Shown: positions 19,503 through 28,272 of the stretch, piece by piece
Numbering within the stretch: the stretch's first letter is position 1
How the letters are laid out: each line of letters begins with the position of its first letter
From: Candidatus Electronema sp. JM
GTDB taxonomy: Bacteria; Desulfobacterota; Desulfobulbia; Desulfobulbales; Desulfobulbaceae
DNA length: 64,000 nt
Reading direction: 5' to 3'
Assembly: GCF_048287415.1 (NCBI RefSeq)
Contig: NZ_JBLWEN010000001.1
Coordinates: 88,790 to 152,789, forward strand
Position numbers and translations under genes: made by a program
The notes under the pieces: model-generated
Told to the model about the DNA's origin: nothing
What the model saw: the letters and a program-made list of their open reading frames with translations, nothing else
Database searches by the model: none

Positions 19503-20286
19503 GCGCCAGCAGATTGCGGGCAATAGCGATTTTTTCTTCGTATTTCCCTTCGGTGCGTCCCTCTTCCTTTGAAGACCAGAGCATGGACTGCTGATACGAC
19601 ATATTTAGCATATATTCATCATAGGCTTTGCGCTGCGGCTCATCTAAATTCATCATCCGCAGCCGTGCCGAGGCTTCTTGGATATGCTTGGCCCTGAAAT
19701 CAGGGCGCACTTCGCTGTGCTTGAGCATGTAAATCCATTCATCCAATCCAGACTGCACTTTATCGGGGAAATCCTCAACGCGAATAAGGTAATGCTCAGG
19801 AAATATTTTGCGCACATCGCTGATGCCGAACAGCTCCTGCTGTCTGTTGCTCAGGCTGAGTATATCTTTGCTGTGAACGCCGACAAAATTGGTGGAGCCG
19901 TAATAGAGATAATCTGTGCCGATGCCAAGACTGAAATAGGTGATGCTGACCGAGATGATTTTTTTGATTTCCCGGTACGGCTGGCCTTTTTCTAAATATT
20001 CGGTCATCAGTTTGGCGACACCGTAGGCGATGCGGTGGAAGAAATCGTATTCCGATTTCACCTGCACTTCAATCAGCAGCAACTCGCCTTTGCTGTTTTC
20101 AACCAGCAAATCAACGCGGTTGAATTTATCGAGGCTGTCTTCCTGATTGCTTTCGCTCTCCAAGAGATTGACGACGGTGACATCTTCATCAAGCACGGCA
20201 GTGAGGAAGCCTTCCAGAACGGAAAAATTGGCTTTGTCGCGCAGCAGCTTTTTGATAGCCCAGTCAAAGCGGATGAGTTTTTCCAT
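19405..20286 (-). CDS. Rpn-family (YhgA-like) PD-(D/E)XK nuclease, paralog 1
   Basis: DWAIKKLLRDKANFSVLEGFLTAVL...FNRVDLLVENSKGELLLIEVQV shows the D...E.Q core. The C-terminal tail LLAHGVASAVIAASTGLSEEEI is paralogous to that of the downstream gene. Confidence 0.7.
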   Translation of the reverse strand: MEKLIRFDWAIKKLLRDKANFSVLEGFLTAVLDEDVTVVNLLESESNQEDSLDKFNRVDLLVENSKGELLLIEVQVKSEYDFFHRIAYGVAKLMTEYLEKGQPYREIKKIISVSITYFSLGIGTDYLYYGSTNFVGVHSKDILSLSNRQQELFGISDVRKIFPEHYLIRVEDFPDKVQSGLDEWIYMLKHSEVRPDFRAKHIQEASARLRMMNLDEPQRKAYDEYMLNMSYQQSMLWSSKEEGRTEGKYEEKIAIARNLLAHGVASAVIAASTGLSEEEIAKLRQRAVKRHPD

Positions 20287-20376
20287 GTTACGGTCTATTC
20301 AAAATCAATTACAAGGAAAATTTTTATGGTTATTCCGAGCACAACGAGGAATCTTTGCTGCTTCTGAAACATCCAT

Positions 20377-21864
20377 CTATCGGCTGACACCAGCTTTGCG
20401 CTGGGCTATATCATCCAGTGCTTGCTGAAGCAACTTGGCCTTAGGGTGTTTCATTTTCTGATACAGGTGCAGGCTCCTCTTCCAAGCTGCTTCCGCCTGA
20501 TCAAAATTACCGTATGTCACATACACGCTGCCCAAATTTCCGTATGTGCTCGCCGTTGCTTCTTTTAGCCCCAAGGCTTCGCTGATCTCAAGGCTCTTTC
20601 TGTACATCTCCTCCGCCTTGCCCAATTCGCCGTGTTTGAAGTGTATACTACCCAAATTAGCATACTGTATTGCTGATGTTTCCTTCAACCCCAAGGCTTC
20701 GCTGATCTCAATGCACATCTTGGACATTTTTTTCGCCTTGCCCATCTCGCCGCGTCTTGCATACATATTGCCCAGATTGCCATAATCTTGCGCCATGCAT
20801 TCCCTGCGCCCCAAGGTTTCGTGGATCGCAAGTGCTTTCATGTACATCTCCTCTGCCTCGTCCATCTCGCCGCGCGTAAAGTGTGTATTACCCAGATTGG
20901 CGTACTGGTTCGCTGTTGCTTCCGTCAGTTCCAAGGCTTCGCTGATCTCAAGGCTCTTTTTGTACATTTCCTCTGCCTTGCCCTGCTCGCCACGTATCCT
21001 ATACACATTACCCAGATTCCCGTAATCTTTCGCCATGCCTTCCTTGCGCCCCAAGGTTTCGTGGATCGCAAGTGCTTTTATGTACATCTCCTCCGCCTTA
21101 TATAGCTCACCGCGTGTGCGATACACATTGCCCAGATTACAAATAGCGATTCCCTGTAGCTCGTTGTCCTGATTTGCCTCGCCCAAGGCCAGCACCTTGT
21201 AGTATGCCTCTTCGGCCTGCGCAAATTCCCCTGTGCGGAGGAGTAAGGTGGCAAGCATATTCCAGCCCTCCGCATTGTCCGGGTCAAGCTCCACAGCCTT
21301 CTGATATGCAGTTAGGGCTGCCTTGGTATCGCTCATAAAGGCCAATGCGCCCAAATGCCGGGCGGCGGCGGCTGCTTCCTTGTTCGCCTTCCTTCCTTCT
21401 GCCTCCTTGGTCTTCAGCACTTCAGCAAAGATGGCTTGAGCCAGTTCGGTACGCCCCTGCTCCAAAGCCTTCAAGGCTTCGTTGATGCTCTTTGGTGGCG
21501 CATCCGTCTTGGACAGAGCAGCAATTGCTTCCGTTAATGCCTTGATCTGCTCGTCTTTGGCCTCCAACTGCCCTTGCAATAGCTTTACGGCCAGCTTTCC
21601 CGCATCAACTGCCGGTGCCTTGTCCATGTATTTGTTCCAAACCGCAAGGAAAAAGCCAAGCACCGTCACACTCATCCCAAGCTGGAAGCCATAGGCGAGC
21701 ATCAACTTGATGATCATGCCTGACTCCTCTGGTGAAGGCGGTTGCAGCAGCTTAGAGTCAATGAGCTTAGTGTGGATGCCAAAGACAAGCATCAGGACAA
21801 AGCCCACTAGCACCAGCGGGACAGCCAGATACTTGGCAATCTTCTCAAAGTCTGTGAAGTTCAT
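20377..21864 (-). CDS. Membrane-anchored TPR-repeat protein
   Basis: Two N-terminal TM helices, a coiled-coil stretch, then about 8 TPR units of the YGNLGNVYRxRGExxKAEEMYxKxLxI type. The units are repetitive at the DNA level. Confidence 0.8.
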   Translation of the reverse strand: MNFTDFEKIAKYLAVPLVLVGFVLMLVFGIHTKLIDSKLLQPPSPEESGMIIKLMLAYGFQLGMSVTVLGFFLAVWNKYMDKAPAVDAGKLAVKLLQGQLEAKDEQIKALTEAIAALSKTDAPPKSINEALKALEQGRTELAQAIFAEVLKTKEAEGRKANKEAAAAARHLGALAFMSDTKAALTAYQKAVELDPDNAEGWNMLATLLLRTGEFAQAEEAYYKVLALGEANQDNELQGIAICNLGNVYRTRGELYKAEEMYIKALAIHETLGRKEGMAKDYGNLGNVYRIRGEQGKAEEMYKKSLEISEALELTEATANQYANLGNTHFTRGEMDEAEEMYMKALAIHETLGRRECMAQDYGNLGNMYARRGEMGKAKKMSKMCIEISEALGLKETSAIQYANLGSIHFKHGELGKAEEMYRKSLEISEALGLKEATASTYGNLGSVYVTYGNFDQAEAAWKRSLHLYQKMKHPKAKLLQQALDDIAQRKAGVSR

Positions 21865-22040
21865 GTGTGCTCGTGGTGTATTGCAAGAAACGATGCAGGC
21901 AGGCTGCGGGGACAGTCGCCGCAGCGCCTTTACACATTCGATTCTAAAACTTCCTCATCGCCAACCTACGCTTGGCTGCGCAACTGCTTCGGATAAGGCT
22001 GTATCAACGTTGGCAGGCCAGCTCCGATCTTTTCAAGGCA

Positions 22041-22290
22041 GCCTCCTTTTCTTCCGCGCTCAAGCCCTCTTTTAAAAAGGACAGGCCCTTTTCTTAAAAG
22101 GGCGCATCCTTTCAACGAAAGAGTATCTCCTTTTTTAAATAGGGCTTCCGCTTTTAACAAAAGTGCGCGTTCTTTTCTTAAAAAGAACGCCTCTCTTAAC
22201 GAAAGAGACCTCCCTCTTTAAAAGAGGACACGTCCTATCGAAAAATTAGGGCTTCATTTTCTTAAAAGGACAGCCTCTTTCGTCCAACGG
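22041..22290. repeat. Phased array of ~10 short A/T-cored palindromes with ~21-bp period
   Basis: Units include CCCTTTTCTTAAAAGGG (22086-22102), GCGTTCTTTT-CTTA-AAAAGAACGC (22167-22190, perfect 10-bp arms) and CCTCTTTAAAAGAGG (22213-22227). Unit centres fall at about 22073, 22094, 22115, 22136, 22158, 22178, 22200, 22220, 22242 and 22262. Confidence 0.85.
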
Positions 22291-22336
22291 GGCCGTGCAT
22301 TTGTTCCGCAGCCCCGGTTGTTCGCCGAAGTTCCCT

Positions 22337-25300
22337 TCACACATCCAGCTCAGAAACCTCCAGCGCGTGGTTCTGGATGAACTCGCGCCGTGGCTCGACC
22401 TTGTCGCCCATCAAGGTGACGAACAAATCATCCGCAGCCTCGGCATCCTCAATCCTGACGCGCAGCAGGGTGCGGTTGGCCGGGTTCATGGTCGTCTCCC
22501 AAAGCTGCTCCGGGTTCATCTCGCCCAAACCTTTATACCGCTGCAAATGACTGCCCCGGAAGGTCTCCTCGCGGACAACACGAATCAGCTCGCGCCAATT
22601 TTTAGCCGGAATTTCCTTCTCCTGACCAGAGGCCGCATTCTTGCAGAGGGTGAAACTGCTGCCGATGTGCTCCCTGATTTCAGGATAGAGATCAAGACCG
22701 AGCCGGTATTCGGGAATCAGCGGAATATGCGGCCCGATGACCGCACGGGTGTGGGCCAAACCTTGAAAGGCCGCCTCCGCCTCAAAGCAACTGGGCCGGG
22801 ACGCGCAAACGCGAATGCCGCTGGTGACGGCATTGATGCTGGCGAGCTTATCCAGCAGCCCGTGCAGGAACGCCTCCTCCTTGAATTGATCCGCAGAATG
22901 GACATCGTTTTCAAGCAGGAAGAGGGTGAGCTGCTCCTGAATGTTCATCCGTTCCAAGAAGGTGCTGATGCGCTCAAACAGGGTGAGCTTCTTCAGCAAA
23001 CTGACCAGTTCCTGCCCGGCCAGCACGCTGCCGTTCTCCAAGCGGACTTGCACAAACTGGGCCGCCTGATCGTAAAGGTGGTTGTTGAGCGCGTCCTCAT
23101 CCAGGAAATATTGCTCCTTCTTGCCCCGGCCCAAGCGATAAAGCGGCGGCTGGCCGATATAAACATAGCCTTGCTCGACCAGCGGCAGCATCTGGCGATA
23201 GAAGAAGGTGAGCAGCAAGGTGCGGATGTGCGCGCCGTCCACGTCCGCGTCGGTCATGATGATGATCTTGTGGTAGCGCAGCTTGCTCGCATCAAACTCC
23301 TCCCGCCCGATGCCGGTGCCCATTGCGGCGATCAATTGCTTGATCTCCTCCGAGTCGAGAATCTTGTCGAAACGTGCCTTCTCCACATTCATGATCTTGC
23401 CGCGCAACGGCAGGATGGCTTGGATGGAGCGGTCGCGGCCTTGCTTGGCACTGTTGTGAACAAACACGCCGCTGGCTAAAGCAAAATTGTGCGTGTTCGG
23501 CACTTCGATGTCGTACACATCAATACGCTCGGTCAGCTTCTCCACTGAGACAACGCGGTGGTTGTAATTGCTCACCGCTTCCAGAGCGCGTTCGGTGTTG
23601 TTATCAAAATACCGCTGGCAGAAGGTGTCAAAGCGCAGCAATGATTTGTCCTTTGTGGCAATGCGGTGCTGGCGGTAGCCTTCAAGATCAACTGCGCCGG
23701 GCCGCAGCTCGTGCCGCTTGAGCACGGCCAAAGTTTTCCGGTAATACGTCTGCTGCAACGCAGCTTGGCGGCGGGCGCGGAACTCTGCTGTCCATTGCTG
23801 CTGAGTTTTCTGACTGCGCCACGCCAGCAGCTCGGCATCGCTCCATTGCTCTTTCGCCTTTCGTGACTGCTCCGCACGGGCTTCCGGGTGCTCTTCAAAA
23901 TAGGAACGCACCCGTTCAGCTTGGGCCAAGCGGTTTTCCTCATCCTGCCAGTAGATTTTCTGCGCCTCATTCAACAAAGCGGCATTTTGCTGGCGATATT
24001 CTGCGTTGCTGCGGTAGAACTCCCGCCATTTGTCGGCCATGAAGGCTTTGTACGCCGCATCGTCCCATTGCACTTGAGCGCGTTCAGAGAGCTGCTGCCG
24101 CAACTGCATCATGCGTTGGCTCATCTTGGTGCGGAATTCAGGACTCTGCCGGACAGCCCGACTCTTTTCGATCACATCGGGCCGACGCAGGGTTCGGTCA
24201 GCGTGCTGCCGATGCAGGCGCAAATGCTCTTCCGCCGGAAGCCGCCGGATGTTGGAGGGATTGTTGTTGCGCTTATTGAAATCAAGGTGATGCCGATGTT
24301 CGCCATCTTCAGCCTGATAACCACCTGCCTTGCAGTTATATTTATCGGCAAGGACATGTGTGAATTTCCAGCGGCTGGCATTTGGTTCCCAAACCATTTC
24401 ATAGCCGTCAATGGTGATGCCCGGTTCATTCATATCCGAGAGCTTGCGATACAGCGGCATCAAAGAAGTGCCGACAGTCAGCCGTTCTGCCGGGCAATAG
24501 CTGCCATCGCGAAGCAGGAAGCGGTGATCCGGGGTGCAGACAATCTGCTCGCCATTGTCCAGCGTCACCTGCACAACTTCCTGCTGCCGCTTAGTCAGGC
24601 GCGGATGCAAAATCCGTTCGAGGCCAATCTTGCCGTCTGCTTGAATGGTGTAGCAGAAATGCTCTTTGCCCTGCTCCTGCTCGGCGATCAGCTCCAAAAA
24701 GCTGAGGGCGCGGCCATCGGCCAAAGCCACTTTGGTCTCGCCAGAAAAGCAGCCGCCCGCTGAATCGCCCTCCACGAGAAACAGCTCGCGCTCTGCCGGA
24801 TTCTTCGACTGGCATTCAGCCAGCTTGCCTGCCATCAGCAGAGAAATGCCGTCCTTCTTGCGTGACAAATCACGCGCCTTCCGCGCCGCTTCTCTGGCCC
24901 GCGCCGCCTCGACCGCCTTGCTGAGTATCTGCCGCGCCACCTGCGGGTTGCGCTCCAAGTAATCGCCAAGCTGCTCGGTGCAGATGGAAGCGACGATGCC
25001 CTTCACCTCGGAGTTGCCCAGCTTGGTCTTGGTCTGACCCTCGAACTGCGGATTCGGCACCCGCACTGAAATGATTGCAGTCAGGCCCTCGCGCACATCA
25101 TCGCCCTCCATTTTCTCCTTCATGTGCTTGGGCACAATGTCATCAGTGGCGTATTTGTTGATGCACTTGGTCAGCGCGGCGCGGAAACCCGCCACATGCG
25201 AGCCGCCTTCGCGGGTGTTGATGTTGTTGACAAAGGAAGCCAGCCGCTCAGTGTAGCTGTCCACATATTGCAGACAGACCTCGACCTGCACCTGCTCCTG

Positions 25301-26047
25301 CTCGCCTTCCAGAAAGATCGGCTGCGGATGAATCGGGGTGCGGTTGCGGTTCAGGTGCTCGACATATTCAACCACGCCGCCTTCATAATGAAACACATCC
25401 TCAGCCCCGCTTTGCTCATCCTTCAGGGTGATGTGAACGCCCCGATTGAGAAAAGCCAGCTCGCGCAGCCGGTTGAGGACGATCTCGTATTTGAACACAA
25501 CCGTCTGGGTGAATATCTCCGGGTCTGGCTTGAAAGTAATCGTGGTGCCGGTGTGCTCGCTGGTGCCAACCACCTCCAGCTCGCTGGTCTTTGCGCCGTA
25601 AGAGAAGGTCTGCCGGTAGAGCTTGCCGTTGCGCCGCACCTCAGCGGTGACATGGGTGGAGAGCGCATTGACCACCGACACGCCCACGCCGTGCAATCCG
25701 CCGGAAACTTTATAGGACGAATGATCGAACTTGCCGCCCGCGTGCAAGGTGGTCAGCACCAGCTCAAGAGCGGTCATGTTTTCCGTCGGATGCTTGTCCA
25801 CCGGAATGCCGCGTCCGTTGTCTTCGACCGAGCAGGAACCGTCCTCCAGCAGGATCACCTTAATCTGGTTGCAGTATCCGGCCAGAGCCTCGTCAATCGA
25901 GTTGTCCACCACCTCGTAAATCAGATGATGCAGCCCTTCTTCCGCCGTGTTGCCGATATACATGGACGGACGCTTGCGCACCGCCTCAAGCCCGTCAAGA
26001 ACCTTGATCTGATCCGCCCCGTAGGACGTGTTCTGCTGTTCGCTCAC
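22337..26047 (-). CDS. gyrB: DNA gyrase subunit B, interrupted by an intein
   Basis: GTG at 26047 (AGAAGG 7 nt upstream) gives the canonical N-terminus [31 protein letters not shown]. The GHKL ATPase, transducer and Toprim (EGDSAGG / SAKQGRDR) regions are present. The extein totals about 803 aa once the 433-aa insert is removed. Confidence 0.95.
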   Translation of the reverse strand: MSEQQNTSYGADQIKVLDGLEAVRKRPSMYIGNTAEEGLHHLIYEVVDNSIDEALAGYCNQIKVILLEDGSCSVEDNGRGIPVDKHPTENMTALELVLTTLHAGGKFDHSSYKVSGGLHGVGVSVVNALSTHVTAEVRRNGKLYRQTFSYGAKTSELEVVGTSEHTGTTITFKPDPEIFTQTVVFKYEIVLNRLRELAFLNRGVHITLKDEQSGAEDVFHYEGGVVEYVEHLNRNRTPIHPQPIFLEGEQEQVQVEVCLQYVDSYTERLASFVNNINTREGGSHVAGFRAALTKCINKYATDDIVPKHMKEKMEGDDVREGLTAIISVRVPNPQFEGQTKTKLGNSEVKGIVASICTEQLGDYLERNPQVARQILSKAVEAARAREAARKARDLSRKKDGISLLMAGKLAECQSKNPAERELFLVEGDSAGGCFSGETKVALADGRALSFLELIAEQEQGKEHFCYTIQADGKIGLERILHPRLTKRQQEVVQVTLDNGEQIVCTPDHRFLLRDGSYCPAERLTVGTSLMPLYRKLSDMNEPGITIDGYEMVWEPNASRWKFTHVLADKYNCKAGGYQAEDGEHRHHLDFNKRNNNPSNIRRLPAEEHLRLHRQHADRTLRRPDVIEKSRAVRQSPEFRTKMSQRMMQLRQQLSERAQVQWDDAAYKAFMADKWREFYRSNAEYRQQNAALLNEAQKIYWQDEENRLAQAERVRSYFEEHPEARAEQSRKAKEQWSDAELLAWRSQKTQQQWTAEFRARRQAALQQTYYRKTLAVLKRHELRPGAVDLEGYRQHRIATKDKSLLRFDTFCQRYFDNNTERALEAVSNYNHRVVSVEKLTERIDVYDIEVPNTHNFALASGVFVHNSAKQGRDRSIQAILPLRGKIMNVEKARFDKILDSEEIKQLIAAMGTGIGREEFDASKLRYHKIIIMTDADVDGAHIRTLLLTFFYRQMLPLVEQGYVYIGQPPLYRLGRGKKEQYFLDEDALNNHLYDQAAQFVQVRLENGSVLAGQELVSLLKKLTLFERISTFLERMNIQEQLTLFLLENDVHSADQFKEEAFLHGLLDKLASINAVTSGIRVCASRPSCFEAEAAFQGLAHTRAVIGPHIPLIPEYRLGLDLYPEIREHIGSSFTLCKNAASGQEKEIPAKNWRELIRVVREETFRGSHLQRYKGLGEMNPEQLWETTMNPANRTLLRVRIEDAEAADDLFVTLMGDKVEPRREFIQNHALEVSELDV
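23453..24751 (-). mobile_element. GyrB intein (433 aa) with HNH-type endonuclease insert
   Basis: The insert lies between EGDSAGG and SAKQGRD. Block [11 protein letters not shown] (Cys codon 24751-24749), block B TPDH, block [15 protein letters not shown], block G VFVHN|S (Asn codon ends at 23453). Internal HNH motif [29 protein letters not shown]. Confidence 0.9.
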
Positions 26048-26352
26048 TTGCTTGCCTTCTCTGAAGAATTTATACGGAAAACGGCATGGTTGCGATGCGG
26101 CGCGCCGCATCCTGCCGGAAGCGGCTCATCATACCATAGTTCCGGCAAAAACGGGGAAAAATCTGCGGTTTGCAAGGAATTTTATCCAGATGGCCGCGCC
26201 GCCGCCAAGGAGCATTCCAGCGCGGAGCACTGCTGGCAAAATATGCAATAACGAAGAAAACAGGAACAGCCTGAATACAGTGGCATTTTTTCGCTACGAC
26301 TGGTATGATGGGCGGAGCTTGCCATTTTTATTTTTCATTGAGGAGAAGCGTT

Positions 26353-27045
26353 ATGGAATATTCCCACGAAGTCAAAGAGATGTGCTGCGTCACCAAGGGG
26401 CCGGATCACGGACCTTCGCCCATCCCGCAGGAAGGGCAGTGGAATCAGGTGCGGCAGATCAGCGAAATCAACGGCCTGAGCCATGCGGTCGGCTGGTGCG
26501 CTCCGCATCAGGGGGCCTGCAAGCTGACCTTGAACGTCAAGGGCGGCATTATTGAAGAAGCCTTGGTTGAAACCGTCGGCTGCACCGGCATGACCCATTC
26601 CGCAGCGATGGCGGCGGAAATCCTGCCCGGCAAGACCATTCTGGAAGCCCTGAACACCGACTTGGTCTGCGACGCGATCAACGTGGCCATGCGCGAGTTC
26701 TTCAAGCAGATCAGCTATGGCCGCACACAATCCGCCTTCTCGGAAGGCGGCCTGCCTATCGGCGCGGGCTTGGAGGATTTGGGCAAGGGGCTGCGCACCG
26801 TCACCGGCACCACCTACGGCACCCGCCTGAAAGGGCCGCGCTACTTGGAGCTGGCCGAGGGCTACATCATGGAGCTGGGGCTGGATGCCAACGACGAGAT
26901 CATCGGCTACAAATTCCTCAGAATCGGGCCTATGCTCGACGCGATCAAAAAGGGCGTTGATCCGGCAGAGGCGATGGCCAAGGCCACCGGCACCTACGGA
27001 CGCTTCGCCGAGGCCGTCAAAACAATTGATCCCCGGAAGGAGTAA
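26353..27045 (+). CDS. NifU-N/IscU-like scaffold-domain protein (partner of GGGtGRT protein)
   Basis: ATG at 26353 with GAGGAGAAG RBS. The Cys-containing segments VGWCAPHQGACKL and VGCTGMTHSAAMAAEIL resemble IscU/NifU N-domain motifs. Confidence 0.6.
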   Translation: MEYSHEVKEMCCVTKGPDHGPSPIPQEGQWNQVRQISEINGLSHAVGWCAPHQGACKLTLNVKGGIIEEALVETVGCTGMTHSAAMAAEILPGKTILEALNTDLVCDAINVAMREFFKQISYGRTQSAFSEGGLPIGAGLEDLGKGLRTVTGTTYGTRLKGPRYLELAEGYIMELGLDANDEIIGYKFLRIGPMLDAIKKGVDPAEAMAKATGTYGRFAEAVKTIDPRKE

Positions 27046-27050
27046 CTATC

Positions 27051-28052
27051 ATGGCGCTTTTTGAAGGATACGAACGGAGAATCAGCAAGATCAACGCGGT
27101 GCTGGCCGAACACGGGATCAAGGATTTGGATGCGGCCAAGCAGCTCTGTTTAGATGCGGGCGTGGATGTCTATGCCATTGTCAAGGGCGTGCAGCCGATC
27201 TGCTTTGAGAACGCCTGCTGGGCCTACATCGCCGGTGCGGCCATTGCTTTGAAAAAAAGGCAGAAAAAGGCGGTGGAAATTGCCTCCACTTTGGGCATCG
27301 GCTTGCAGGCCTTTTGCATTCCCGGCTCAGTGGCCGAAAACCGCAAAGTGGGCATTGGTCACGGCAACTTGGCCGCCCGGCTCCTTAGCGAGGAAACAAA
27401 GTGCTTCGCCTTTCTCGCCGGGCATGAGTCCTTTGCCGCTGCGGAAGGCGCCATCGGCATTGCCAGATCCGCCAACCGGGTGCGCACTGAGCCGCTGCGG
27501 GTCATCCTCAACGGCCTCGGCAAAGACGCGGCCTATATCATCTCGCGCATCAATGGCTTCACCTATGTGAAGACACAGTACGACTACTACAGCGGCGCAC
27601 TCAACATTGTTGAGGAAAAGGCGTTTTCCAGCGGCGAGCGGGCCAAAGTGCGCTGCTACGGCGCGGATGACGTGCGCGAGGGCGTGGCCATCAACCACTT
27701 GGAGCTGGTCGATGTGTCCATCACAGGCAACTCGACCAACCCGACCCGCTTCCAGCATCCGGTGGCCGGAACGTACAAGAAGGAATGCCTTGAGCAGGGC
27801 CGGAAGTATTTCTCGGTGGCTTCCGGCGGCGGCACAGGCCGGACGTTGCACCCAGACAACATGGCCGCTGGTCCGGCTTCTTACGGCATGACCGACACCA
27901 TGGGCCGGATGCACAGCGACGCGCAGTTCGCCGGCTCGTCCTCCGTGCCTGCGCATGTCGAAATGATGGGCTTTATCGGCATGGGCAACAATCCGATGGT
28001 TGGCGCATCAGTGGCGGTGGCAGTGGCCTTGCAGCAGGCGGCGGGGCAGTAA
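27051..28052 (+). CDS. GGGtGRT-family protein (function unknown)
   Basis: Contains the family-defining SGGGTGRT motif (FSVASGGGTGRTLHPDN). It starts 5 nt after the upstream gene's stop. Confidence 0.8.
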   Translation: MALFEGYERRISKINAVLAEHGIKDLDAAKQLCLDAGVDVYAIVKGVQPICFENACWAYIAGAAIALKKRQKKAVEIASTLGIGLQAFCIPGSVAENRKVGIGHGNLAARLLSEETKCFAFLAGHESFAAAEGAIGIARSANRVRTEPLRVILNGLGKDAAYIISRINGFTYVKTQYDYYSGALNIVEEKAFSSGERAKVRCYGADDVREGVAINHLELVDVSITGNSTNPTRFQHPVAGTYKKECLEQGRKYFSVASGGGTGRTLHPDNMAAGPASYGMTDTMGRMHSDAQFAGSSSVPAHVEMMGFIGMGNNPMVGASVAVAVALQQAAGQ

Positions 28053-28272
28053 AACAACAGCAGGTCTGCATCACAAATTGGTGCAGACCATGCACAGTTT
28101 ACGGCTCTCGGTAATCAAACAGCAATGAGGACAGGTTCAATTCTGTCCTCAATATCTTTAGTTCATCCGTCAATTGCATCGGCTTTTTCCGAGCGCAGAC
28201 CGGCTGTGATTGGAAATCCGGGAAGATGAATCAATGTGAACGGCCTGAACTGCCACTCTGAACCCGCCTGTC

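Noticed and set aside
22041-22290. Reading the 21-bp palindrome array as a heptad-repeat protein (plus frame gives PFLKRxx-type 7-aa repeats; minus-strand 64-aa ORF 21966-22160)
   Set aside because: The plus frame has no start codon after the upstream stop at 21994-21996 and contains an internal TAA at 22219-22221. The minus ORF covers only part of the array. The dyad symmetry of each unit argues for a DNA- or RNA-level feature.
26048-26110. ATG at 26110 as the gyrB start (21 extra N-terminal residues MRRAASQPCRFPYKFFREGKQ)
   Set aside because: The extension has no GyrB counterpart and overlaps an 18-bp palindrome. GTG at 26047 has an AGAAGG RBS and yields the canonical GyrB N-terminus.
22295-26251. 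Plus-strand ORFs (394, 291 and 375 aa) opposite gyrB and the intein
   Set aside because: They are antisense to a clearly coding gyrB-intein frame and show no motifs.
26111-26352. Possible replication origin next to gyrB
   Set aside because: No dnaA or dnaN gene is present in the window. I did not spot TTATCCACA-type DnaA boxes or an AT-rich unwinding element when reading the region. A formal DnaA-box and GC-skew scan would be needed to exclude it fully.
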